Positions 25,457 through 34,396 of a stretch of DNA of 64,000 nucleotides are shown piece by piece (within the stretch, counting starts at the first letter, position 1; the number at the start of each line of letters is the position of its first letter). The position numbers and the translations under genes were made by a program. This DNA is from Actinomycetota bacterium (GTDB taxonomy: Bacteria > Actinomycetota > Thermoleophilia > Gaiellales > Gaiellaceae). The notes under the pieces were generated by a model. The model was not told the DNA's origin, made no database searches, and was given only the letters and a program-made list of their open reading frames with translations. The stretch is from assembly GCA_046735575.1 (NCBI GenBank), contig JBKPTS010000012.1:5758-69757 (forward strand), given 5' to 3'.

Positions 25457-26743
25457 TCAAGGAAAGATGCCGCGGGCCTCGAGCGCCCGCGATACCTCCT
25501 GGATGCCGCCGACGAGAGCGGCGGTGCGAAGCGTCGATCGCTGCTCCTCCGCGAGGTCCCACACGCGGTCGAAGGCATCGGAGAGCTTGTCCGCGAGCTT
25601 CGCGCGGATCTCGTCGCGCGTCCAGAAGAGACGCCCGAGGTCCTGCACCCACTCGAAGTAGGAGACGGTCACGCCGCCGGCGTTCGTCAGGACGTCGGGC
25701 AGGATCGGGATGTCGCGCCCGGCGAGGATCGCGTCCGCCTCGAGCGTCGTCGGCCCGTTCGCTCCCTCCGCGATCATCCGGGCGCTGACGCGGGGCGCGT
25801 TCTCGGCCGTCAGCTGGTCCTCCCGCGCCGCGAGGACGAGCACGTCGCACTCGAGCTCGAGCAGCTCCTCGTTCGTGATCCGCCGGCCGGCGTCGTTGCC
25901 TGCGAGCGAACCGTGCTCGCGCGCGTACGCCTGCAGGGCCGGAATGTCGAGCCCGTCCTCGGCGTGGATCCCTCCGGAGACGTCGGAGACCGCGGTGACG
26001 GTCGCGCCCCGCTCGTAGAGCTCGAGCGCCGCAATCCCGCCGACATTTCCGAAGCCCTGGACGACGCAGCGCTGCTCGCCGAGGCGGATTCCGAGACGGT
26101 CGCACGCCCGCGCGACGACCATGACCACCCCCGCGCCGGTCGCCTCGTGCCGGAACACCGAGCCGCCGATCGCGATCGGCTTCCCGGTCACGATCTCGGG
26201 CACCGCATATCCGAGCTGCATCGAGTACGTGTCCATCATCCACGCCATCGTCTGCTCGTTCGTCGCCATGTCCGGGGCCGGGATGTCCTCCTGCGGGCCG
26301 ATGATCGGCAGGAGCTCGGAGGTGAAGCGGCGGGTCAGGCCCTCGATCTCGCGCAGGGAGAGCAGCCGCGGGTCGCAGCGCACCCCCCCTTTCGCGCCGC
26401 CGTAGGGGAGCCGAAGAAGCGCGCACTTCCAGGTCATCCACATGGCCAGCGCGGCGCACTCCCCGAGCGTGACCTCGGGGTCGTAGCGGATGCCGCCCTT
26501 CGTGGGGCCGAGGATGCTCGAGTGCTGCACGCGGTAGCCGGGGAAGACGGTGCGCCTGCCGTCGTCCATGCGGACGGGGACGCTGACGATGATCGCGCGC
26601 TCGGGGAAGCGCAGGCGCTCGGCGATCGCGTCGGGCACCTTGGCCACCTCGACCGCCTGCTCGAACTGCGAGACCGCCATGCGGTAGAGCGGCGTATCCC
26701 ACTCGAGCGGGGCTTGGGCAAGCGCTTCGGGAGTGCTCGCCAC
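25457..26743 (-). CDS. gdhA: Glutamate dehydrogenase (Glu/Leu/Phe/Val dehydrogenase family)
   Basis: Motifs are LPYGGAKGG (catalytic Lys), GPTKGGIRY and VQGFGNVG. Confidence 0.93.
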   Translation of the reverse strand: MASTPEALAQAPLEWDTPLYRMAVSQFEQAVEVAKVPDAIAERLRFPERAIIVSVPVRMDDGRRTVFPGYRVQHSSILGPTKGGIRYDPEVTLGECAALAMWMTWKCALLRLPYGGAKGGVRCDPRLLSLREIEGLTRRFTSELLPIIGPQEDIPAPDMATNEQTMAWMMDTYSMQLGYAVPEIVTGKPIAIGGSVFRHEATGAGVVMVVARACDRLGIRLGEQRCVVQGFGNVGGIAALELYERGATVTAVSDVSGGIHAEDGLDIPALQAYAREHGSLAGNDAGRRITNEELLELECDVLVLAAREDQLTAENAPRVSARMIAEGANGPTTLEADAILAGRDIPILPDVLTNAGGVTVSYFEWVQDLGRLFWTRDEIRAKLADKLSDAFDRVWDLAEEQRSTLRTAALVGGIQEVSRALEARGIFP

Positions 26744-26855
26744 GGCGGGCCGAGTCTACCGAGGTCTCGGACGGCGTCCGGCTCGGCGCCCCCGGCTGGG
26801 ACGCAACTGTGCATAGGCAACGCATGGGTAACACCCACTGTGCTAGGAAGCGCTC

Positions 26856-27608
26856 GTGCCGGTGCGCATCCCCGCGACAGCTCTTTTCGCAGCGGCCGTC
26901 GCCCTCGTCGCCTCCGCGCCCTCGGGCGCGCGCCCGCAGGAGAGCGGCAAGCTCGCGGTGTTCGCCGCCGCCTCGCTCACCGAGGTCTTCCCGAGGATCA
27001 ACCCGCGACCGAACTACTCGTTCGCCGGCTCCGACCAGCTCGCGGCGCAGATCGAGCTCGGCGCGGAGGCGGACGTCTTCGCCGCGGCGCGCCCGAAGTA
27101 CCCCGAGGCGCTCTACGAGAAGGGGCTCGTCCAGAAACCCGTCCCCTTCGCGACCAACACGCTCGTCCTCATCGTCCCCAGGTCGAACCCGGCGCACATC
27201 CACTCGGTCCTGGACCTGACGAAGCCGGGCGTGCGCGTGGTCATCGCCGACGCCGCAGTGCCGGTCGGCGCGTACACGCTCACCGTGCTCAGGAACCTCG
27301 GAATCGGCGACGCGGTGCTGAGGAACGTCGTCAGTCGCGAGCAGGACGTGAAGGGCGTCGTCGGAAAGATCGTCACCGGCGAGGCCGACGCAGGCTTCGT
27401 GTACGTGACCGACGTGCGCCCGGTGCGGGGCAAGGTGCTCGCGATCGCGATCCGGGAGTCGGCGCAGCCGCACGTCGTGTACGAGGTCGCGGTGGTGAAG
27501 GACGCGAAGCACCTGCGCGCCGCCTACCGCTTCGTCACGGCCCTCATCCGTCCGCAGGCGCAGAAGACGCTCGTCGCCTACGGCTTCGGGCGGCGGCCGA
27601 GGCCGTAG
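26856..27608 (+). CDS. modA: Molybdate ABC transporter substrate-binding protein
   Basis: It has a signal peptide followed by VFAAASLTEVF, FAGSDQLAAQIELGAEADVFAAA and GEADAGFVYVTDV, typical of ModA. No modB or modC is adjacent. Confidence 0.85.
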   Translation: MPVRIPATALFAAAVALVASAPSGARPQESGKLAVFAAASLTEVFPRINPRPNYSFAGSDQLAAQIELGAEADVFAAARPKYPEALYEKGLVQKPVPFATNTLVLIVPRSNPAHIHSVLDLTKPGVRVVIADAAVPVGAYTLTVLRNLGIGDAVLRNVVSREQDVKGVVGKIVTGEADAGFVYVTDVRPVRGKVLAIAIRESAQPHVVYEVAVVKDAKHLRAAYRFVTALIRPQAQKTLVAYGFGRRPRP

Positions 27609-27760
27609 GAGAGAGAGCCGCCCGGTCGCCTCCTGCGCCCGCGGCGGGGTGCGGGACGCTGCCCGGGCCGCGAGCTCGTTCGCCTCGCTGCTGACTGCTC
27701 CCGCTCTCGCCGCCGGCCCGGCCCGCCCGTTGGACGGCGGAGCCGGTCGGCTAGCGGAGA

Positions 27761-27850
27761 GGTGCCGGGGGCGGGACTCGAACCCGCACGCCCCCTGTGG
27801 GGACACCCGCTTTTAAGGCGGGCGCGTCTCACCCGTTCCGCCACCCCGGC
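27761..27850 (-). tRNA. tRNA-Leu (anticodon UAA)
   Basis: The minus-strand sequence GCCGGGGTGGCGGAACGGG...CCCGC-CTTAAAA-GCGGG...GCGGGTTCGAGTCCCGCCCCCGGCACC folds as a cloverleaf. It has a 7-bp acceptor stem, anticodon loop CUUAAAA, a long variable arm and a GTTCGAGTC T-loop. The 3' CCA is not fully encoded. Confidence 0.9.
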
Positions 27851-27870
27851 GGGAACGAGTGTACGCCGGT

Positions 27871-28620
27871 CTACATGCCCGGCTCCTCGAGCGCCGGGTT
27901 GTTCACGTGGCTGCCCTTGAACTGGTACGAGCTGAAGAACGCGGTGAATGCCTTGTCGTCGAAGGTCGTGCACTTCGCCAGGTAGCCGTGGCCGTTCGTG
28001 CCCTTCTGGAGGTCCTCCTGCGTGTGCACCCAGGCCCCGAGCGCGATCTTGTTCCCGAGCGCGGGCAGCGGCGCCATGATCGTGCCCGCCTGGTGCTCGT
28101 CGTAGAAGGCGCGGAGCTGCGCGACGGTGGAGGCCGGGACCTTGCTCCCGTACTGGATGAAGACGCCGCCGTGCTCCAGGTTGTGGATGACGCGCGCCTG
28201 CTGGAGCGGCGACGTGTACGCCCCCCAGACGGCCGGCTCCGCAAAGTGCGGCCCGCTCGTCGGCGGAAACGTGTTCCACTGCTTCGAGGTCGCGTTCGGG
28301 TTCAGGATGGAGTGCAGCGGCTTGCCGCCGGGCGCGATCGTGAGCGTGCAGCCCGCGGCCCTCAGCGCTGCCGGGGCATCGGACCCGCCGCCCCCGCTCC
28401 CGAGCAGGAAGACGACCGCGGCTGCGGCGATCGCGGCCAGGCCGACCGCGCCCGCGATCCCGAGCAGGAGGCGCCGACGGCTCCCGCCCGCACCGGGGGC
28501 ACCCCGCTGCTGCGGAGCCTTGACGCGCGGCTTGGGCGCCTTGACGCGGGGCTTGTCCGCCACGGCGAGCAACGGTAGCAACGCATTCCGTCGGCTCCCG
28601 CGGCGCCTCGGCGCTCGCAA
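27871..28620 (-). CDS. DUF3105-family membrane-anchored protein
   Basis: It has one TM helix followed by a conserved domain with HFAEPAVWGAY and HNLEHGGVFIQYG. The N-terminus contains a 21-bp tandem duplication (KPRVKAP x2). The start is uncertain (TTG 28620 or GTG 28563). Confidence 0.7.
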   Translation of the reverse strand: MRAPRRRGSRRNALLPLLAVADKPRVKAPKPRVKAPQQRGAPGAGGSRRRLLLGIAGAVGLAAIAAAAVVFLLGSGGGGSDAPAALRAAGCTLTIAPGGKPLHSILNPNATSKQWNTFPPTSGPHFAEPAVWGAYTSPLQQARVIHNLEHGGVFIQYGSKVPASTVAQLRAFYDEHQAGTIMAPLPALGNKIALGAWVHTQEDLQKGTNGHGYLAKCTTFDDKAFTAFFSSYQFKGSHVNNPALEEPGM

Positions 28621-28635
28621 CGAGGCGGCAACCGC

Positions 28636-29634
28636 CTACTTCGGCGGCCGGATCCGGGGCACCGAGCCGAAACGGCGGTACGTGTCCGTCATGAAGTGCG
28701 CCGTCGTGAGCATCCTCGAGCGGAGGACGCGTCCGTCTTGCCTCACGTCGAGCTCGAACCAGATGGGCGCCTCCTGTGCCGCGGCCGGGAGCAGCGCCGC
28801 GACGACCTGCACGCGTCTCCCGTCCAGGCGCGCGCTTCCGAGCAGCCGTGCGGCGCGGGCCCGCACCCAGGGGAACGTCGGGACCTCCAGCCTCGGGATC
28901 GCGCTCCGCCGCCAGCCGGAGCCGAAGTCGTCCCACCGGCGCGTCCCGACGACGACCGCCTTCGCACCGCCCCGGATCGAGTAGCTCATCCGGTCCGGCG
29001 CCTGGAACGACCAGCGCGAGACGACGGGCTTCGCGAGGCCGGCGCCGAGCGTCTCGTCCATCCCGAGCGCGCGGAGGCCGAGCATCGCGGCGCGCGCGCG
29101 GCGGAGGAGCGCGTCGGCCTGGGCCGGCATGCGCGCCGGCAGCCCAACCGGGACGCGCACGGTCGCCCGTCCGGGCCTCGCGACCTCGACGACGACGTTC
29201 GCAGGCCTCCCTGCGAGCACGCCGAGCGCGAACCTGAAGCAGCCGCTCCCGCACGTGCGCGCCGCCGCTCCCGGCAGGGAGCGTCCTCGGAGGTCGAGGC
29301 GCACGTCGGCCGTCCGGATCTCGGACTCGTCGCTCGGGACGACGACGACGTCGAGCGGGCCACCGGCGTACGCGCCGACCCCCACGAGGACGTCGCCCCG
29401 GTGCGCGGCGAGCGCGAGGCCGGCGAAGCCTCGCGAGACGACGGACGGTGGTGCAAGCGCGGGGCTTTCCGCAGTCGCCGGCTGAGCGGCGGGCCGGCCC
29501 TGCGAGCCGCCCCGGAGGAGGACGACCGCGACCACCACGCCTGCGATCACCGCGAGCGCCAGCGCCGTCGCGAGCGCGGCCCGCACCGGGCGGCCGGCGT
29601 CTCGGGAGGCGGGAACGGTGCTCGGCGCGGACAC
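28636..29634 (-). CDS. Hypothetical membrane-anchored exported protein
   Basis: It has an N-terminal TM/signal segment (ALATALALAVIAGVVVAVVLL) and coding-type GC3 usage. I recognise no family. Confidence 0.55.
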   Translation of the reverse strand: MSAPSTVPASRDAGRPVRAALATALALAVIAGVVVAVVLLRGGSQGRPAAQPATAESPALAPPSVVSRGFAGLALAAHRGDVLVGVGAYAGGPLDVVVVPSDESEIRTADVRLDLRGRSLPGAAARTCGSGCFRFALGVLAGRPANVVVEVARPGRATVRVPVGLPARMPAQADALLRRARAAMLGLRALGMDETLGAGLAKPVVSRWSFQAPDRMSYSIRGGAKAVVVGTRRWDDFGSGWRRSAIPRLEVPTFPWVRARAARLLGSARLDGRRVQVVAALLPAAAQEAPIWFELDVRQDGRVLRSRMLTTAHFMTDTYRRFGSVPRIRPPK

Positions 29635-29737
29635 GTTGTCTCGACTGTACGCGGGAGGGCTTGCCCCAGTTTGGCGGCTGCCGGTCCGGCGGCGAGGCGG
29701 GTGCCGTCCGGACCACTCACTACCGTTCGTCGACCCG

Positions 29738-30955
29738 ATGGTCATTCTCGCGCTACTCGTCGGCCTCGTCGCGGGCGCGCTCGGCGTCCTCGTCGCCGTG
29801 CGCCCGGCGCTCGTCGAGCGTCGTCGGCGCCTGGCGGAGGTCGTCGAGCTCGAACGCGAGCTCGCGGCTGCGAACGCCGAGCTCGCCGCCGGCGGAGCCC
29901 TCGACGAGCGGCTGCGCGCGACGATCAAGAGCATCTCGACCGAGGCGCTCGACGCGAACAGCGCGCGCTTCCTCGAGCTTGCCGAGGCCCGCCTCTCCGG
30001 GCACGTCCGCCCGCTCAAGGAGTCCCTGGTGCGGATGGACCAGCAGCTCCAGGGTGTCGAGAGAGTGCGCCAGGAGGCCTACGGAAGCCTGCAGGCGCAG
30101 GTGACGACGCTGTCGGAGCGCGCGAGCAACCTCACGAATGCGCTCCGGACGCCGCACGTGCGCGGCCGCTGGGGGGAGGCACAGCTTCGGAACGTCGTGG
30201 AGTACGCGGGCATGGTCGAGCACTGCGACTACGTGTCGCAGGCGACGACGGCGACGGAGGACGGGACGATGCGCCCCGACCTCGTGGTGCGAATCCCCGG
30301 CGGCAAGCACGTGGTCGTGGATGCGAAGGCGCCACTGGCGGCGTACCTGGACGCGTTCGAGACCTCGGACGACGAGGGCCGCGAGCGCCTGCTCGCGGAC
30401 CACGCCCGGCAGGTGCGGGAGCACGTGACGAAGCTCTCGGCCAAGGCCTACTGGCGACAGTTCGACCCGTCCCCCGACGTGGTCGTGATGTTCCTCCCCG
30501 ACGAGTCCTACCTGCGTGTCGCGCTCGAGCACGATCCCGCCCTGCAGGAGTACGCTTGGAAGTCGAACGTCATCCTCGCCTCGCCGAGCACGCTCATGGT
30601 GCTGCTCCGCACCGTCGCGATGACCTGGCAGCAGGAGACGATCGCGGAGAGCGCGCGCGAGGTGAGTGAGCTCGGCCGGGAGCTGTACAAGCGGCTCGCC
30701 ACCATGGGCGCGCACGTCTCCCGGCTCGGGAGGTCGCTCGACGGCGCGGTGGACGCGTACAACAAGACGGTCGGCTCCCTCGAGCGGCAGGTGCTCGTGC
30801 AGGCGAGGCGTTTCGAGCGTCACGGGATCAGTGGGATCGATCCACCGGAGCTGCAGCCGGTCGAGCGGCAGACTCGCGCGCTCGCGGCGGCCGAGCTCGT
30901 CGGAGACGAGGAGCCGGCGCTCGAGGCGCTCGCCGGCGGCGTAGACGCGGCGTGA
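29738..30955 (+). CDS. rmuC: DNA recombination protein RmuC
   Basis: It has an N-terminal TM helix, a coiled coil, and then the conserved RmuC core (RGRWGEAQLRNVVE, VVVDAKAPL, MFLPDES). Confidence 0.9.
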   Translation: MVILALLVGLVAGALGVLVAVRPALVERRRRLAEVVELERELAAANAELAAGGALDERLRATIKSISTEALDANSARFLELAEARLSGHVRPLKESLVRMDQQLQGVERVRQEAYGSLQAQVTTLSERASNLTNALRTPHVRGRWGEAQLRNVVEYAGMVEHCDYVSQATTATEDGTMRPDLVVRIPGGKHVVVDAKAPLAAYLDAFETSDDEGRERLLADHARQVREHVTKLSAKAYWRQFDPSPDVVVMFLPDESYLRVALEHDPALQEYAWKSNVILASPSTLMVLLRTVAMTWQQETIAESAREVSELGRELYKRLATMGAHVSRLGRSLDGAVDAYNKTVGSLERQVLVQARRFERHGISGIDPPELQPVERQTRALAAAELVGDEEPALEALAGGVDAA

Positions 30956-31055
30956 TCCGCGCGGGAACACCGACCGCCCTCCGATCGTTGACCTCTACGT
31001 GCCCCGCCGGGCACGTGCAACCCGGGCGGGGCTAACGTTCGAGGAGGAGCAGCTC

Positions 31056-32033
31056 GTGAGCGACGTTCGTGACGTGATCATCATCGGCGGGGGCCCTGCG
31101 GGCTACACCGCCGCCCTCTACACAGCCCGCGCCAACCTGCGGCCCCTCGTCATCGAGGGGTTCAACTACGGCGGCCAGCTGATGATCACGAGCGACGTCG
31201 AGAACTACCCGGGCTACCCGGACGGGATCCTCGGCCCCGAGATGATGAAGGACTTCCGCAGGCAGGCCGAGCGCTTCGGCGCCGAGTTCCTGACCGACGA
31301 CGTGACGCGCGTCGACTTCTCCGAGCAGCCCTTCCGCGTCTACGTCGGCTCGAGCGAGCACCGGGCCAACGCTGTCATCGTGGCCACCGGCGCAAGCGCA
31401 CGGCAGCTCGGCCTCGCGTCGGAGCAGGTGCTGCAGGGCCGCGGCGTCTCCTACTGCGCCACCTGCGACGCGGCCTTCTTCCCGAGCAAGGTCGTGGTCG
31501 TGGTCGGCGGCGGCGACTCGGCGATGGAGGAGGCGAACTTCCTGACCCGCTTCGCCTCCAAGGTGTACGTCGTCCACCGCCGCGACGAGTTCCGCGCCTC
31601 GCCGATCATGGTCGACCGCGCGCGGGAGAACGAGAAGGTCGAGTTCGTGCTCAACTCGGTCGTCGAGGAAGTTCTCGGCGCCGAGGACGGCCGCGTGACA
31701 GGCGTGCGGCTGCGCGACACGGTCACGGGGAAGGCCACCGAGCTTGAGTCGGACGGCGTCTTCGTCGCAATCGGGCACGACCCGAACACGAGCCTCTTCC
31801 TCGAGTGGCTGGACCACGACGACCAGGGGTACCTCGTCACCGAGCCCGGCTCGACGCGGACGAACATCGCAGGCGTCTTCGCGGCCGGCGACGTCCAGGA
31901 TCACGTGTACCGGCAGGCCGTCACCGCAGCAGGCTCGGGAACGATGGCGGCGCTCGACGCGCAGCGGTACCTGGACGAGCTCCGCCACCGACCCTTTCGG
32001 GCCGAAGAGCTGACGGCCCTCGCGGAGAGCTGA
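31056..32033 (+). CDS. trxB: Thioredoxin-disulfide reductase
   Basis: Motifs are IIIGGGPAGYTAA, the redox centre CATCDA and GGGDSAMEEA. A GAGGAGGAG SD sequence lies 7 nt upstream of GTG 31056. Confidence 0.95.
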   Translation: MSDVRDVIIIGGGPAGYTAALYTARANLRPLVIEGFNYGGQLMITSDVENYPGYPDGILGPEMMKDFRRQAERFGAEFLTDDVTRVDFSEQPFRVYVGSSEHRANAVIVATGASARQLGLASEQVLQGRGVSYCATCDAAFFPSKVVVVVGGGDSAMEEANFLTRFASKVYVVHRRDEFRASPIMVDRARENEKVEFVLNSVVEEVLGAEDGRVTGVRLRDTVTGKATELESDGVFVAIGHDPNTSLFLEWLDHDDQGYLVTEPGSTRTNIAGVFAAGDVQDHVYRQAVTAAGSGTMAALDAQRYLDELRHRPFRAEELTALAES

Positions 32034-32079
32034 CGCCGGCCGGCCGGAAACCCTCGTAGTCCCCGTCCGATCCCGCGCC

Positions 32080-32085
32080 TACGCT
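32080..32085 (+). promoter_or_regulatory. Candidate -10 hexamer TACGCT for a leaderless transcript at GTG 32093
   Basis: A TANNNT hexamer lies 7 nt upstream of the start codon. Confidence 0.4.
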
Positions 32086-32092
32086 CGGCCTC

Positions 32093-32980
32093 GTGAGCCG
32101 CTGGCTCGACCTGGTCGACCCCTCGCGCGAGGAGCTGCTCGACGCGCTGGACGTGGAGGTCGATCCCGGCGTCCTCGAGGCTCTTCTCGCCGAGCCGCCC
32201 CAACGGCCGCGCCCGCGCCTCGAAGGACGGGGCGAGTACGTCTTCGGGATCTTCGTCGCCCTCGCCCCCGTCCCCGAGCAGGACCGGATCGTGAGTCGGG
32301 AGATCGGCTTCGTCGCCACGAGCGAGCGGCTCGTCACCGTCCGCAAGTCGCCGCCCGGTGGAGAGCCCTGGGAGGCGGAATGCCTCGAGGCCGCCGGTGA
32401 CGCCTCCGTCGGGGAGCTCGTCTTCCGTCTCGCCGACGACGTCGCCAACTCGTTCCTCGACGTCGTCGACTTCGCGGACGGCGAGATCGACGACCTCGAG
32501 GACAACATCGAGCGCTGGCCGAGCTCGAGGGTGCGACGGCGCATCTCGTCCCTCCGCCACGATCTCATCCACGCCCGGCGGACGGTCGGCGCGATGCGGG
32601 CGAAGGTACGCCGCATCACGGACAAGCGGCTCGACGTCTCGGACGAGAAGCTCTTCCCCGAGGATGTCGAGCGTCTGTTCTCGGACGCGTACGAGACGTT
32701 GTTCCGCGCCGGTGAGGAGCTCGACATCGCGCGCGACCTGCTCGCGAGCTCGCGCGACTACCACCAGTCGCTGATCGCCGAGAACCAGAACGAGATCGTC
32801 AAGAAGCTGACCGTGATCGCGTCGGCGCTGCTCCTCCCCACGCTGATCGTCGGCTTCTACGGCCAGAACTTCGTCCGGCAGTTCAACGACTTCTACTGGA
32901 CGATCGGCGTGTCGGTCGGGCTCATCGTGGTCTCGACCCTCGCGCAGCTCGCGATCTTCCGCTGGCGCCGCTGGATCTGA
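32093..32980 (+). CDS. CorA-family divalent cation transporter-like protein with a GQN signature in place of GMN
   Basis: It has a cytoplasmic helical domain and two C-terminal TM helices. The signature position reads FYGQNF. Confidence 0.8.
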   Translation: MSRWLDLVDPSREELLDALDVEVDPGVLEALLAEPPQRPRPRLEGRGEYVFGIFVALAPVPEQDRIVSREIGFVATSERLVTVRKSPPGGEPWEAECLEAAGDASVGELVFRLADDVANSFLDVVDFADGEIDDLEDNIERWPSSRVRRRISSLRHDLIHARRTVGAMRAKVRRITDKRLDVSDEKLFPEDVERLFSDAYETLFRAGEELDIARDLLASSRDYHQSLIAENQNEIVKKLTVIASALLLPTLIVGFYGQNFVRQFNDFYWTIGVSVGLIVVSTLAQLAIFRWRRWI

Positions 32981-33662
32981 GCGCGGGCGTCGCGAGCCGC
33001 GAGGACGGGCACAGGTCCTCGAGGACGCACGCTTCGCACCTCGGCTGCCGCGCGAGGCATACGCGCCGCCCGTGCCAGATGAGGAGATGCGGGAAGCGCG
33101 CCCAGTCGGCCCGTGGCACGATCCGCTGCAGGTCGCGCTCGATCTTCACCGGGTCGTCGTTGCGGGTGAGACCGAGTCGCTGCGAGAGGCGGCGCACGTG
33201 GGTGTCCACGACGATGCCCTGCGCGTGCCCGAGCTCGGCGGCGACCACGTTCGCCGTCTTCCGCGCGACCCCGGGGAGCCGCAGGAGGTCCTCGATCCGG
33301 CGCGGGACCACGCCGTCGAACTCCTCCAGCAGCACCCGCATCGTTCCCCGGATGGCCTTCGACTTCTGACGGAAGAAGCCGGTGGCGTAGATCTCGCGCT
33401 CGAGCTCCTCCTGGGGCACCGCGAGATAGTCCTCGGGGCTTCGGTACTTGAGGAAGAGGCGCTCGGTGACGCGGTTCACGTTCGTGTCCGTCGTCTGCGC
33501 CGAGAGCATCACGGAGACGAGCAGCTCGAGATCGGAGCGGAAGCGCAACGCGATCTCGGCGTCCTCGTGCTCCGCGGCGAGCCGCTCCACGATCGGGCCG
33601 ATGCGCTCGCGCCTCCTGCCGAGGCCGCGGCGTCGCGCCTCGTGTGCGTAGCTACGGGCCAC
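32922..33662 (-). CDS. nth: Endonuclease III (DNA glycosylase/AP lyase)
   Basis: Motifs are the HhH-GPD segment LPGVARKTANVV, a catalytic Lys/Asp region, and the 4Fe-4S cluster loop C-x6-C-x2-C-x5-C (CLARQPRCEACVLEDLC). Its basic C-terminal tail overlaps the corA-like 3' end by 59 nt (convergent). Confidence 0.9.
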   Translation of the reverse strand: MARSYAHEARRRGLGRRRERIGPIVERLAAEHEDAEIALRFRSDLELLVSVMLSAQTTDTNVNRVTERLFLKYRSPEDYLAVPQEELEREIYATGFFRQKSKAIRGTMRVLLEEFDGVVPRRIEDLLRLPGVARKTANVVAAELGHAQGIVVDTHVRRLSQRLGLTRNDDPVKIERDLQRIVPRADWARFPHLLIWHGRRVCLARQPRCEACVLEDLCPSSRLATPALRSSGASGRSRAARGSRPR

Positions 33663-33664
33663 CG

Positions 33665-34387
33665 TCAGCTCCTCCTCTGGCTCTCGAAGAACGCGCTCAC
33701 CTCGTCCGGGTCCGGCGGGTCGAGCAGCCAGCCGGCGTGCTCGGGAGAAAGCGGAGCGTCCGTCTCGCGCATCGTGGCGAGCGCCGCCTCGACGTCGTAC
33801 TCCGTCCGCCGGTGCTCGACCTCAGGCCCGAGCACGGCCCAGAACGCGCCCCGGCGGCCCTCGTAGGGCATCCCGACGCTACACGCGTTGATGACGCGGA
33901 GCCCGCTCGGGAGCCGGCGGTCGAACTGCACGTGCGTGTGGCCGCACGCGACGACGTCCGCCTCGACGCCGCCCAGCAGCTCCGCGACCTCCTCGTCCGG
34001 CGTGAGGCGCGTGAAGATGGGCTCGTCCGCGGTCGGGACCGCGTGACAGAAGACCACGTGCCCGAGGCCTTCGACGTCGAGCTCGACCGTCAGCGGCCAG
34101 GACGACACTTCTGCGAGCCGCTCGCCCCCGAGACGAGAGGCGCACCATGCATGGAGCTCCGCCTGCTCCCCGGGGGCTGCTTCGACGACGAGGCGATCGG
34201 CGTTTCCGCGCAGGAATCTCACGTCCGACCGGCTCGAGAGCCGGTCGAAGACCTCCGTCGGCATCGGCCCCGACACGAGATCGCCGCCGCTGACGATCAC
34301 GTCCACCTCCGCGCGGTCGACCTCGTCGAGCACGGCCTCGAGCGCGGGCAGGTTCCCGTGCACGTCGTAGAGGGCGGCGACCCGCAT
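33665..34387 (-). CDS. Metallophosphoesterase (calcineurin-like phosphoesterase superfamily)
   Basis: Motifs appear in the canonical order: DVHGN, GGDLV, GNAD, GHTH. Confidence 0.8.
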   Translation of the reverse strand: MRVAALYDVHGNLPALEAVLDEVDRAEVDVIVSGGDLVSGPMPTEVFDRLSSRSDVRFLRGNADRLVVEAAPGEQAELHAWCASRLGGERLAEVSSWPLTVELDVEGLGHVVFCHAVPTADEPIFTRLTPDEEVAELLGGVEADVVACGHTHVQFDRRLPSGLRVINACSVGMPYEGRRGAFWAVLGPEVEHRRTEYDVEAALATMRETDAPLSPEHAGWLLDPPDPDEVSAFFESQRRS

Positions 34388-34396
34388 CCGGCCCCT

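Noticed and set aside
27609-27870. A genomic island or prophage integration at tRNA-Leu.
   Set aside because: There is no integrase gene, no repeat of the tRNA 3' end and no compositional shift in the flanking genes (modA, DUF3105).
28516-28557. A 21-bp tandem duplication encoding KPRVKAP x2 in the N-terminal tail of the DUF3105 protein.
   Set aside because: It is real in the sequence, but it is a two-copy slippage-type duplication in a disordered basic tail that may even lie upstream of the true start. It is not informative on its own.
30997-31016. The hairpin ACGTGCCC-CGCC-GGGCACGT, with an alternative pairing to the downstream CCCGGGCGGGGC, upstream of trxB, considered as an attenuator or riboswitch.
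   Set aside because: The stems are short and imperfect in the alternative pairing, there is no U-tract, and I recognise no conserved motif. It may simply terminate rmuC transcription.
32922-32980. A 59-nt convergent overlap between the corA-like and nth genes, considered as a sign of frameshift or misassembly.
   Set aside because: Both proteins are complete through their conserved C-terminal motifs before the overlap. The overlap involves only the basic, low-complexity tail of Nth, and such 3' overlaps are common in compact high-GC genomes.
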